This document shows, in pieces, positions 28,582 to 40,455 of a DNA stretch of 64,000 bases (position 1 is the stretch's first letter; each line of letters starts with the position of its first letter). This DNA is from Betaproteobacteria bacterium (lineage in GTDB: Bacteria; Pseudomonadota; Gammaproteobacteria; Burkholderiales; Burkholderiaceae_C): positions 3,187 through 67,186 of the forward strand of contig RFTU01000004.1 of NCBI GenBank assembly GCA_009923315.1, read 5' to 3'. A model generated the notes under the pieces. The model was given only the letters and a program-made list of their open reading frames with translations. It was not told where the DNA came from and did no database searches. The position numbers and the translations under genes were made by a program.

Positions 28582-29751
28582 TCAGAATTCAGGATGCAGA
28601 CGACCACGGTTGAACAGGCCGTGCGGGTCGAAGGCCTGCTTGAGCTGGCGGTGGATGCGCAGCAGCACGGGGTCCAGTTCCAGCGTGCGGCCCGAACGGG
28701 ACCCGCGGAACACCTGGGCATGGCCTCCCGCTGCTCGCGCAGCCTTGGTCAGTGCCTGCTCGCTGGCCGTGTCGCCCTCGGCGGTGACCACCCAGCGCTG
28801 CGCGCCGCCCCACTCGATCAGGGTGCCGCTGCCCAAGCCCTTCACACCCAGCGGGGCCGCGGTCTGCGGTACCGCTACGCGCCACAACAGGCCTGCTTGT
28901 GCCACCGCCTGCCGGGCCTCGGCGAAGAACTCGTCCTCATGGTCGCGAAGGCCGGTCCAGAAGGATGACGCCAGGTCTGCCGGAACCACCTCCCCGCCCA
29001 AGCGCTCGCAAGCGGCCTGCACCGCCGCGCGTGCACCGCAAAGGCGCACCACCAGTACGCCGTCCCACCAGGCGCTGGCGTGGATCGGCAGGGGCTGGCC
29101 ACCCCACTCGTTGAGCTTTTGGAGTGCGGTGCGCTCATCCAGATCGAAGCGCAGCGTGGTGGTGGCCGGTGCCACCGGCAGCACCTTGAGCGATGCCTCC
29201 AGCACCACACCCAACACACCCATCGAGCCGGCCAGCAGGCGGGCCACATCGTAGCCGGCAACGTTCTTCATCACCTGTCCACCGAAAGACAGCACCTCGG
29301 CGCGCCCATTGAGCAGGGTGGCCCCGAGCATGAAGTCGCGTACGCCGCCAGCGGCCACCCGCGATGGACCCGCCAGGCCCGCAGCAACCAGGCCCCCCAC
29401 CGTGCCACCGCCTTCAAAGCGCGGCGGCTCAAAGGCCAGGCATTGGCCCTTCTCGGCCAGCGCCGCCTCGACTTCTGCCAACGGCGTGCCGGCTCGGGCG
29501 GTGATCACCAGTTCGCTGGGCTCATAGCTGCTGATGCCGCGCAGCGCTTGGGTGCTCAGCCCCTCACCCTGCATCGGTCCGCCCAGGAAGTCCTTGCTGC
29601 CCGAGCCGCGTATGCACAGCAGGCCGGCCCCTTCATCATCGGGGCCAGCGGCCTGTCGATCGACGATGGCCGCGCGCACGCGATCCAACAATTCGGCGAG
29701 TACCGGATCGCCTGGCGTCACCGCTGCGCCTTCGACCACGCCCTCCATCAA
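28582..29751 (-). CDS. glcE: glycolate oxidase FAD-binding subunit
   Basis: 389 aa. It is an FAD_binding_4-type protein lying between glcD and glcF, with a 4-nt overlap with the glcD stop. Confidence 0.8.
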   Translation of the reverse strand: MMEGVVEGAAVTPGDPVLAELLDRVRAAIVDRQAAGPDDEGAGLLCIRGSGSKDFLGGPMQGEGLSTQALRGISSYEPSELVITARAGTPLAEVEAALAEKGQCLAFEPPRFEGGGTVGGLVAAGLAGPSRVAAGGVRDFMLGATLLNGRAEVLSFGGQVMKNVAGYDVARLLAGSMGVLGVVLEASLKVLPVAPATTTLRFDLDERTALQKLNEWGGQPLPIHASAWWDGVLVVRLCGARAAVQAACERLGGEVVPADLASSFWTGLRDHEDEFFAEARQAVAQAGLLWRVAVPQTAAPLGVKGLGSGTLIEWGGAQRWVVTAEGDTASEQALTKAARAAGGHAQVFRGSRSGRTLELDPVLLRIHRQLKQAFDPHGLFNRGRLHPEF

Positions 29752-31286
29752 AAGCGCTCCAGGTCAGGGAAAGGCAGCAGCCCCTTCTTCACATGCATCT
29801 TGCCGCCTTCGGCGCAACGCGTGAGGGTGGGGATCACCTTGCCGGGGTTCAGCAGCCCGGCCGCATCGAAGGCCCGCTTGACGCTGAACATCTGCTCGCG
29901 CTCTTCGGGCGAGAACTGCACACACATGCTGCCGAGCTTTTCCACCCCCACGCCGTGCTCTCCGGTCACGGTGCCGCCCATGCGCACGCTGGTTTCCAGG
30001 ATATCCGCGCCGAACAACTCACAGCGGTGCAGTTGATCGGGGTCGTTGGCGTCGAACAGGATCAGCGGGTGCAGGTTGCCGTCACCCGCATGGAACACAT
30101 TCAGACAGCGCAGGCCGTACTGCGCTTCCATCTTGGATATGGCCACCAAAATATCGGCCAGCCGCTTGCGCGGGATGGTGGAGTCCATGCACATGTAATC
30201 GGGGCTGATGCGCCCGCTGGCCGGGAAGGCGTTCTTGCGGCCGCTCCAGAACTTCAGGCGCTGCGCCTCGTCCTTGCTCACTTCCAGCCGCGTGGCACCG
30301 CACCCGGAGAGCACCTCCAGCATGCGGTCAATTTCCTCGGCCACTTCTTCGGGCGTGCCATCGGCCTCACACAGCAAGATGGCCTGCGCATCGAGGTCAT
30401 AACCGGCGTGCACGAAGTCTTCCACCGCGGCGGTCATCGGCTTGTCCATCATCTCCAGGCCGGCGGGGATGATGCCTGCGGCAATCACAGCGGCCACCGC
30501 TTCCCCGGCGCGCTGCACATCATCGAAGCTGGCCATGATGCAGCGCGCCAACTGGGGCTTGGGCACCAACTTCACCACCACCTCGGTGGTCACCGCCAAC
30601 ATGCCTTCGCTGCCCACGATCACACTCAGCAGGTCCAAACCCGCGGCATCCAGCGCGCGCGAACCGAAGGTCACCGGCTCACCCTCGATGGTGTAACCCC
30701 GCACCTGCAGGACGTTGTGCACCGTCAGGCCGTACTTCAGGCAATGCACGCCGCCGGAGTTCTCCGCCACATTGCCGCCGATGGTGCAGGCGATCTGGCT
30801 GGAGGGGTCGGGCGCGTAGTAAAGACCGTAGGGTGCTGCGGCCTCGCTGATGGCGAGGTTTCGCACGCCGCACTGCACCGTGGCCGTGCGCGACACCGGG
30901 TCCACCTGCAGGATCTGGTTGAACTTGGCCAGCGACAAGGTGACGCCGCGCTCGTGGGGCATGGCTCCGCCCGAGAGCCCCGTGCCGGCACCGCGCGCCA
31001 CCACCGGCACCCGCAGTTGATGGCAGGTGCGCAGCACCGCAGCCACCTGCTCCTCGGTTTCGGGCAGCACCACACACATCGGCTGGGTGCGGTAGGCGGT
31101 CAGGCCGTCGCACTCGTAGGGCACCACCTCTTCCGGTTGCCACAGAAGGGCATGGGCGGGCAGCAGGCCACGCAGCGCCTGCACCACCTCGGCCTGTCGC
31201 AGTGCGCGCGGCACTGGTTCGGCCTGGGCGCCGGCAGACGGCTCGGGCAGTGCGCCCAGGGCGCTGCTGGGCAGGGGGGCATTCAT
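29748..31286 (-). CDS. glcD: glycolate oxidase subunit GlcD (FAD-linked oxidase)
   Basis: Within ORF 29748..31601. Starting at MNAPLPSS gives 512 aa. It has an FAD-binding PCMH domain, and VVARGAGTGLSGGA is typical. Confidence 0.9.
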   Translation of the reverse strand: MNAPLPSSALGALPEPSAGAQAEPVPRALRQAEVVQALRGLLPAHALLWQPEEVVPYECDGLTAYRTQPMCVVLPETEEQVAAVLRTCHQLRVPVVARGAGTGLSGGAMPHERGVTLSLAKFNQILQVDPVSRTATVQCGVRNLAISEAAAPYGLYYAPDPSSQIACTIGGNVAENSGGVHCLKYGLTVHNVLQVRGYTIEGEPVTFGSRALDAAGLDLLSVIVGSEGMLAVTTEVVVKLVPKPQLARCIMASFDDVQRAGEAVAAVIAAGIIPAGLEMMDKPMTAAVEDFVHAGYDLDAQAILLCEADGTPEEVAEEIDRMLEVLSGCGATRLEVSKDEAQRLKFWSGRKNAFPASGRISPDYMCMDSTIPRKRLADILVAISKMEAQYGLRCLNVFHAGDGNLHPLILFDANDPDQLHRCELFGADILETSVRMGGTVTGEHGVGVEKLGSMCVQFSPEEREQMFSVKRAFDAAGLLNPGKVIPTLTRCAEGGKMHVKKGLLPFPDLERF

Positions 31287-31318
31287 GGGACTGAAACTCC
31301 AGCGCGAAAACAACGATC

Positions 31319-32527
31319 CTACGGCTCCCGCACAAAGACGGTGAGCACGCCGGTGTAGCCGTACAAATGGTGATGGCCGATTTCGCCGGCGGCGAAGAAG
31401 CCCACCAGGGGCACCTCGCCCAGGGCATGCTGAATGGTCTGCAGCTCGGCCGATGGGCCGCCGAAATGGGCGCCACCGCGCCCCGAACAACTCACGTACA
31501 AGGCGCCGGCCACCCGCTGCGACGGGTCCATCGGTGCCCGTTCCGGCCCCGTGGCCACGGCCGTCAGCGTTTCGCCCAGCTCTTCCCGGATTTCGCTGCA
31601 TACGCGCACCAGGTCACGCCGAGCGGCTTGCACATCACGCCGGCAGAAGGCCAACTGCATGCCCGACTCCAGCTGATCGGCCACCGCGAAAGCCTGGCGC
31701 GAGGGGTCCAGGCCAATCAAATGCCGAACCCGCACGTCGGGTCCAAAGTGGCGCGTGCGAGAAGACGAGTCGCTCACCGCATCCACCGCCCGCAGGCCCA
31801 CCAGCGTTTGCCTCAGCGTGGGCAGTGCACGGCGCGGTTCGCTCAGGTCCAGGTGCAGGTCTTCGGCCAAGACCTCCAGGGCCGGCCGGTCGTCCAGTTC
31901 CAGCACGAGGTGCTGTTCACAGCGGGTGATGCGCCTGGACGGACCCACCGGCTGCGAGCCCTGCGTCACCCGGGAGATCACGTGCACATCTCGCCCGAAG
32001 GCCACGCCGGACAGGCCACCTTGGTAAGCCCCATCGGCCAACTGCCAACTGCCCCCGCGCGAGGCGGTGAGCCCGCCAAAGAGGTAGCCCGAGCCGGTGC
32101 GGTCGCTCATTTCGGCGATCAGTTCGGGGAGATCGGGTGTGGCCGGGTCGGCGTGCACCAGAGCCGTCCACGCTTCGATGCCGGTCAGAGGGCGTGCACC
32201 GGAGAACACGCGGAAGCGCCCATGCGGAACGGCGCCCAGCATCAGCACCAGAGCGGGCTCGTCGAAATACTCGACGCCCGAGGCCGCAACCCCCACCCCG
32301 ACCGTGCCCACCCAGCTCACGCCGGGCCAGTTGGTCTGCAGCGCTTCCAGCAGTTCGGCTGCGTGGGGGCTGTAGTGGTCCGTGAGGTAGGCGAATCCCA
32401 GGGTGGCCGCACTGTGCCCGGCTTCGCCCCACAGGCGCGCCTTTTGCGCCTGCAACTGCGCGTCCCCCAAGGCCAGGGCCATGCGCCAATCCGGGTGGGT
32501 GGCGTGCGCGTGGAGGAAGGGTTGCAT
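31319..32527 (-). CDS. stand-alone FIST-domain (FIST_N + FIST_C) protein
   Basis: Within ORF 31319..32707. Starting at MQPFLHAH gives 402 aa. The sequence pattern includes FAYLTDHY, VGTVGVGV and, at the C-terminal end, PLVGFFAAGEIG, as in FIST proteins. The call rests on my recollection of the family. Confidence 0.6.
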   Translation of the reverse strand: MQPFLHAHATHPDWRMALALGDAQLQAQKARLWGEAGHSAATLGFAYLTDHYSPHAAELLEALQTNWPGVSWVGTVGVGVAASGVEYFDEPALVLMLGAVPHGRFRVFSGARPLTGIEAWTALVHADPATPDLPELIAEMSDRTGSGYLFGGLTASRGGSWQLADGAYQGGLSGVAFGRDVHVISRVTQGSQPVGPSRRITRCEQHLVLELDDRPALEVLAEDLHLDLSEPRRALPTLRQTLVGLRAVDAVSDSSSRTRHFGPDVRVRHLIGLDPSRQAFAVADQLESGMQLAFCRRDVQAARRDLVRVCSEIREELGETLTAVATGPERAPMDPSQRVAGALYVSCSGRGGAHFGGPSAELQTIQHALGEVPLVGFFAAGEIGHHHLYGYTGVLTVFVREP

Positions 32528-32615
32528 GTCCGAAGTGTGCGCCCTATTCGATGGGCTCGGTGGACGCGGGGGTACGGACTTGGCCCGCATCGAACGGTCA
32601 GCGCGGGGTGGAGGG

Positions 32616-33251
32616 TCAGGATTTCTTGGGTGCCTTGGCGCTGGCCCGGCGGCGCGCACCGGCCTTGGCAGGGGCCGCAGGCGAAGCCTTCCCGGTGGAG
32701 GCCGCATCAGCGGTGGCCCTGCCGGGAGTGGCTGCCAAGGCCTGCGAGGCCAGGGTTTGGAACTGCTCGGTGAGCGCCCCCCACCACTTCATCGGATCGA
32801 CCAAGGCGGCCGCGGCGTCCGGCGCGGGCGCTGCCGGTTGGCCCGAGGGGCTCGGCCCCGAAGCAGCACCGGCTTTGCCCGGCGCCCTGCCCTGACGGGT
32901 CTTGGGGGTCAAGGCTCCCAACACCTGCTGCAGATCGGGTGCTTGCACATTCATGCTGCGCAGCGTGTTCAAGGTCATCTTCTGCACCTCCAGTGCCTGG
33001 ATGGTGGCGCCCAACAGGCGCGCGTTCTGTTCCAGCCAGAACTGAACCGTGCGCAATTCATCGATGCGCTTTTCCAGCTCCTCGGGGTCCAGGGTGGGCG
33101 CCACCCACTGCTGGAAGCCGCTGAGACCGCTCAAGCCGCCCAGCTGACCCAGCCCTTGCAGGCCTTCGATGCCCTTGCCCGTTTGCGCAGCCAAGGCCTT
33201 CAGAAAGTCGAATCCGGGCATCAAGGGTGAAGTCGGGCGATCGGAAGGCAT
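32616..33251 (-). CDS. probable PhaM-family PHA-granule-associated protein
   Basis: Within ORF 32616..33749. Starting at MPSDRP gives 211 aa. The core is PGFDFLKAL...WVAPTLDPEELEKRIDELRTVQFWLEQNARLLGATIQALEVQKMTL. The tail is Ala/Pro/Lys-rich (KASPAAPAKAGARRRASAKAPKKS). Confidence 0.55.
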   Translation of the reverse strand: MPSDRPTSPLMPGFDFLKALAAQTGKGIEGLQGLGQLGGLSGLSGFQQWVAPTLDPEELEKRIDELRTVQFWLEQNARLLGATIQALEVQKMTLNTLRSMNVQAPDLQQVLGALTPKTRQGRAPGKAGAASGPSPSGQPAAPAPDAAAALVDPMKWWGALTEQFQTLASQALAATPGRATADAASTGKASPAAPAKAGARRRASAKAPKKS

Positions 33252-33337
33252 GGGTTCACCTGGGTCCGTCCAATGGGGGAATGACGCCGCGCGGGCGCAC
33301 TCGGAGAATGGACGGAGGGTACCTGAAAGGCAGGGCG

Positions 33338-34408
33338 ATGCAGAAGGGGGGCGGCGCGGTTGGCCACCGGGCCCACGATGCCTGGTGGCTGGCGGTGGCC
33401 GTGTCGGTGCTTCTCCACGGCATGTTGCTGCTCGCCTGGGGTGGCGGCCCGTCGCGCACGGGTTGGGGCTCGCGCAAGGCCGACCGGGGCGCCGTGGCGG
33501 GGTGGGTGCGGCTGCGCCTGCAAGAGAACCCGCACGATGCGCAGGTGTCAGAAGCCTCCTCGGCGCCCGCCACCGCCGCCGTGCAAGCCGGGGCCCCGCG
33601 TCCCCGGGCTTTACCGACCCAGGCCGCACCGCCGCCGCCCACACCGCCGGCCTCTGCGCGGCAAGACGCCGCACCTTCCCACTGGGCACCACCAGACCCC
33701 ATCCCGAACCGTTTCGGGCAGGCGGCCCCGAGCGGGACGCCGCGTCCACCGCTTCCCACGCGCATACCCGAGGACTTCCAGCAGATGCTCACGGTGCGCC
33801 GAGGCAGCCAATCCGGGGTCGGAAGCTGGGCGTGGACGGTCACCGCCGGCCGCTACCGAACGCAGCTGCAGGCCCATCTGGGCCAAGCGCCTGAGGGCGC
33901 CGCACCGGCGCTGAACTGGTCCAGCCAGGGCGGGCTGGACGAGCATGGGGTCGCACCCGAGCGCTTCCTCACCCAGCCCCGACGGGGCGGTGCGCGTGCC
34001 GTCAACTTTCAGCGTGACACGGGCCTGGTCTCGTATTCGGGTCCCACGGGGCAGGCCGCACTCGTGCCTGGCGCCCAGGACCGCCTGAGTTGGTTGGTGC
34101 AGCTGCTGGCCCTGGCTCAGGCTCACCCGACGGGCCAGGGCTTGCCCGCGCAATGGCCCTTGTGGGTGGCCGGCCCGCAGGGCGATGGCGATCACTGGTG
34201 GTTTGAGCTGCAGTGGCACCCGGCCACCGAGTGTTGGCAGTTCACGCGCCGCGCCGAACGCCGCTACGAGGTTGAGGTTCAGGCCTGGGTGAAGGGGGGC
34301 GCCGTGGCGCGCCTGATTCGGCTTGAAATGGGTCACGAAGGCAGCCGACAGCCCCCCTGGCAGCTGGAAGACGCCGCACAACCGGGGGCCTGTGGGCATC
34401 GGCCATGA
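33338..34408 (+). CDS. membrane-anchored Pro-rich protein, probable DUF3108 family
   Basis: ORF 33227..34408. One TM helix (WWLAVAVSVLLHGMLLLAW) is followed by a Pro-rich linker and a C-terminal domain with PGAQDRLSWLVQLLAL, which resembles DUF3108. The start is uncertain (33281, 33308 or 33338). Confidence 0.45.
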   Translation: MQKGGGAVGHRAHDAWWLAVAVSVLLHGMLLLAWGGGPSRTGWGSRKADRGAVAGWVRLRLQENPHDAQVSEASSAPATAAVQAGAPRPRALPTQAAPPPPTPPASARQDAAPSHWAPPDPIPNRFGQAAPSGTPRPPLPTRIPEDFQQMLTVRRGSQSGVGSWAWTVTAGRYRTQLQAHLGQAPEGAAPALNWSSQGGLDEHGVAPERFLTQPRRGGARAVNFQRDTGLVSYSGPTGQAALVPGAQDRLSWLVQLLALAQAHPTGQGLPAQWPLWVAGPQGDGDHWWFELQWHPATECWQFTRRAERRYEVEVQAWVKGGAVARLIRLEMGHEGSRQPPWQLEDAAQPGACGHRP

Positions 34409-34426
34409 CGGGATCGCCCGACCCAC

Positions 34427-35509
34427 GTGCCCTTCGCATCAGGCCCGCCGACTAAACTCACGGACGTGAAGCCCATCGCCTACACCCGCGCCCAAGCCCT
34501 GCCCAGCCTGCTGCAGCAGCGCATCGTGATCATCGACGGCGCCATGGGCACGATGATCCAGCGTTGGAAACTCACCGAATCCGACTATCGCGGCACCCGC
34601 TTTGCAGACCACCCCCGCGACCTCAAGGGCAACAACGAACTGCTGCAGTTCACCCGGCCCGATGTCATCGAGTCCATCCACCACGCCTACCTCGAGGCGG
34701 GTGCCGACCTGATTGAAACCAACACCTTCGGCGCCACATCGGTCGCGCAGGAGGACTACGGCTTGGCGCATCTGGCGCGCGAGATGAACGTCGAGGCGGC
34801 CCGCATCGCCGCGCGCGCCGCGCGAGCCCACTCCACGCCAGACCGGCCCCGTTTCGTCGCCGGCGCCCTCGGGCCCACGCCGCGCACGGCCAGCATTTCA
34901 CCGGACGTGAACGATCCTGGCGCCCGCAATGTGCACTTCGATGAACTGCGCGCGGCCTACCGCGAGCAGGCCGAGGGCCTGCTCGAAGGCGGGGCGGACC
35001 TGTTCCTCGTGGAAACCATCTTCGACACGCTCAACGCCAAGGCGGCCATCTTCGCCTTGGACGAGCTCATGGAGGACTGTGGCGAGCGTCTGCCCGTGAT
35101 CCTGTCCGGCACGGTCACCGATGCCTCCGGTCGAATCCTCTCGGGCCAAACCGTCGGGGCCTTCTGGCATTCCGTTCGCCACGCCCGCCCCTTGGCTGTT
35201 GGCCTGAACTGCGCACTGGGCGCGGCCCTCATGCGCCCCTACATTGAGGAACTGGCCAAGCTGGCGGACGACACCTGCATCAGTTGCTACCCGAACGCCG
35301 GCTTGCCCAATCCCATGAGCGAGACCGGTTTTGATGAGACGCCGGACGTCACCGCCCGTCTGATGGAAGAGTTTGCGCGCAGCGGATTCCTGAACCTCGC
35401 CGGAGGCTGCTGCGGCACCACACCCGACCACATTGCGGCCATCGCGCGGGCGGTCTCGCCCTACAAGCCGCGCTGCTGCGGCGCGTTCAGCCTGCCACGC
35501 GCCGCCTGA
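34427..35509 (+). CDS. metH: homocysteine S-methyltransferase domain protein (N-terminal module of a split methionine synthase)
   Basis: 360 aa. [11 protein letters not shown]...IETNTFGAT...GLNCALG...NAGLPN...GGCCGTTP are the MetH Hcy-binding module motifs. The ORF stops at 35509. Confidence 0.85.
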   Translation: MPFASGPPTKLTDVKPIAYTRAQALPSLLQQRIVIIDGAMGTMIQRWKLTESDYRGTRFADHPRDLKGNNELLQFTRPDVIESIHHAYLEAGADLIETNTFGATSVAQEDYGLAHLAREMNVEAARIAARAARAHSTPDRPRFVAGALGPTPRTASISPDVNDPGARNVHFDELRAAYREQAEGLLEGGADLFLVETIFDTLNAKAAIFALDELMEDCGERLPVILSGTVTDASGRILSGQTVGAFWHSVRHARPLAVGLNCALGAALMRPYIEELAKLADDTCISCYPNAGLPNPMSETGFDETPDVTARLMEEFARSGFLNLAGGCCGTTPDHIAAIARAVSPYKPRCCGAFSLPRAA

Positions 35510-35609
35510 GGGCTGGCGCAGCCCGCCAGGCGCGCCCCGTCAGAGCCCAGCGGCGCCGGCCGCGCGCGCCGGACCCGACCCCGGCAGGTGCTGCCGCTAA
35601 AATGGGGAC

Positions 35610-35733
35610 TCTCGAGGAGCGTTGCGACGAACGGCTTGCCGCCGCCATCCGGCCGGAGCCGCCGCCAGGCTCGAGAACGTGGCACGCCCGCGCGCACCGC
35701 GCGGCACCCCACGACGGTTCAACCGCGCTCACC
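35610..35733 (+). promoter_or_regulatory. SAH (S-adenosylhomocysteine) riboswitch-like element upstream of the main metH ORF
   Basis: P1 is TCTCGAG (35610-16) paired with CTCGAGA (35670-76). The core is GAGGAGCGTTGCGAC and CAGGCTCGAG. An optional hairpin is CCGCGCG-CAC-CGCGCGG (35688-35704). The 3' segment AACCGCGCTCACC has CGCTC (35726-30) complementary to GAGCG (35617-21), giving a pseudoknot. This matches my recollection of the RF01057 consensus. It has not been computed. Confidence 0.6.
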
Positions 35734-35813
35734 CCTGCTTGCCCAGAGCCGAGGTGAACCGTCGCCACAGGCCCCGGGCCCCATCGGTGTCTGCGTGTCT
35801 GTCGTCCCGTTTC

Positions 35814-38554
<2,741 letters not shown>

Positions 38555-38558
<4 letters not shown>

Positions 38559-40141
38559 CCCTGGGCGCGCGGCATCAGGCCGCGCCGCATCTGCAGCGCC
38601 TCAGCCAGGTGCGGCACCTCGACATTGCGCGATTGGGCCAGATCGGCCGCGGTGCGGGCCACCCGCAGCACACGGTGCAGTCCGCGACCGGTCAGCCCCA
38701 GCCGTTCGGCTGCGCGCTGCACGAACACCTGTGACGCACCCTGGAGCGCAGCGTGTTGCAGCAGGGCGGCCGGAGCCAGCTCGGCGTTGCAGCAACCCTG
38801 GCGCTGCAGCTGCAGCGCGCGTGTGCGGGCCACCCGGTCGGCCACCGTGGGGCTGTCTTCGCCTGCGGGCGGCCTCAGGAGGTCGGCCGGTGAATTGGCC
38901 GCCACTTCCAGCTGCAGGTCCAGACGGTCCAACAGGGGGCCCGACAGACGGCTCTGATAGCGCTGCACCGCATCGGGCGTGCACCGGCACGCTGGCGCAC
39001 CCGGTACCCGGCTGCCCAGCCAGCCGCAGGGGCAGGGGTTCATCGCCGCCACCAGCAGCAGCCGGCAGGGAAAGCGCGCCTGCCGCGCGGCTCGGGACAC
39101 CGTCACATGGCCGGTCTCCAGCGGCTCACGCAGCGCTTCCAGCGTTCGCCTGGGGAATTCCACGAGCTCGTCGAGAAACAAGATGCCGTGGTCGGCCATC
39201 GAGATCTCACCGGGCCGCGGCGGTTGGCCACCGCCGACCAGTGCGGCCATCGTGCAGCTGTGGTGGGGGGCTCGCCAGGGCCGTGTTCGCCACCCGACCG
39301 ACTCTGGTGGGCCGGGCGATCGGCCGGCCCCGACTACGCCGCTGAGGCTGCGCATGGCCGCACACTCCAAGGCCTGTTCGGGCGTCAGCGGCGGCAGCAG
39401 CCCCGGCAGCCGCTGGGCCAGCATGGACTTGCCGGCTCCCGGCGGCCCCACCAGCAGCAGGCTGTGGTGGCCTGCGGCCGCCAATTCGAGGGCCCGTTTG
39501 CCTTCGGCTTGCCCACGGATGTCCCGCAGACACAAGGCCGGCGCGGCGGTTGGCGCCGCTTCCCAAGGGGCGGGTGTGGGCGCCGGCCGCAGGGGCACCG
39601 ACTGAGCGCCCGGCAGCAGGTGCTGCACCACCTCTCTCAGGTGGCGCGCCTGCAGAACGGTGACCCCCTCGACCCGTGCGGCCTCGGCCGCATTGGCCGT
39701 GGGCAGCACCAGACACCGGGGCGCCTGCCCCGCCTGGTGGGCGCCCCGCCGCAGCCCCAAGGCCAGGGCCAGTGCTCCGTGCACCGGGCGCAATTCCCCG
39801 GCCAAGGACAACTCCCCTGCGAACTCATGCGACGCCAGTGCGGCCGGGTCCAGGATGCCCTGGGCCGCCAGGATGCCCAGGGCGATGGGCAGATCGAAGC
39901 GGGAGGACGCCTTGGGCAGGTCCGCCGGCGCCAGCGAGACGGTGATGCGCTGGTTGACCGGGTAGTCCCAGCCGCTGTGACCCAGCGCCGAGCGCACCCG
40001 TTCGCGCGCCTCACGGACTTCGGTGTCCGCCAGGCCCACCAGCGTCATGCAGGGCAGCCCATTGGCCAGGTGCACTTCCACCTGGACCGGTTCGGCCTGC
40101 AAGCCCTCAAGGGTGCGGGTGTGCACCACGGCCAATCCCAT
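38555..40141 (-). CDS. comM: YifB/ComM family Mg-chelatase-like AAA+ ATPase
   Basis: 528 aa. The N-terminal Lon-like domain begins [25 protein letters not shown]. Walker A is GPPGAGKS. Its stop overlaps the metH stop (CTAG). Confidence 0.85.
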
Positions 40142-40327
40142 ATGCGGCGGTCTCCCACGGGTTCAGGGTCCCCACGGCCAGCCCCGGGTGGGCTGGGCAG
40201 GGCAATTCGTCGATTGTGGAAAGCGCGCTGGCCTCGCGCATCGCCCTGTGGGGTCACCCCGCCGGGCCCCGGACGGATGGTCCAATAGGGGCCTCTTTGG
40301 TGCGAATTCATGCCGACAGCCCCTTTT

Positions 40328-40344
40328 TGCACCGCTTTGGTGCG
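40328..40344. promoter_or_regulatory. candidate NtrC-binding site
   Basis: TGCACCgctttGGTGCG resembles the NtrC consensus TGCACC-N5-GGTGCA. A second CTTTGGTGCG copy lies about 40 nt upstream. It is about 60 nt upstream of the sigma-54 element. Confidence 0.5.
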
Positions 40345-40395
40345 CCGACGGGGTGTGTTTGGGGCGGTTGACGGACCGAAACACCGTCGCGCGCA

Positions 40396-40410
40396 TGGCA
40401 TGGAAGTTGC
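40396..40410 (+). promoter_or_regulatory. candidate sigma-54 (-24/-12) promoter for the porin-glnK-amtB operon
   Basis: TGGCATggaagTTGC fits TGGCAC-N5-TTGC, with the GG and GC correctly spaced. It is about 45 nt upstream of the porin ATG. Confidence 0.6.
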
Positions 40411-40455
40411 CCCTTGAGTGCCGTAGCACCCGTCTCAACCTCCACAGGAGCCCCT

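Noticed and set aside
31287-31601. Long N-terminal extensions of glcD (to 31601), the FIST gene (to 32707), the phaM-like gene (to 33749), alr (to 6680) and metH (from 35622)
   Set aside because: The extensions are Arg/Pro/Gly-rich and overlap neighbouring genes or regulatory regions. Conserved N-termini begin at internal Met codons.
35510-35813. Possible cobalamin riboswitch in the metH spacer
   Set aside because: I could not find a B12-box-like element or the GGTGAAA/GCCACTG-type conserved strings. The sequence instead fits the SAH element layout. B12 riboswitches typically control metE or btuB rather than metH.
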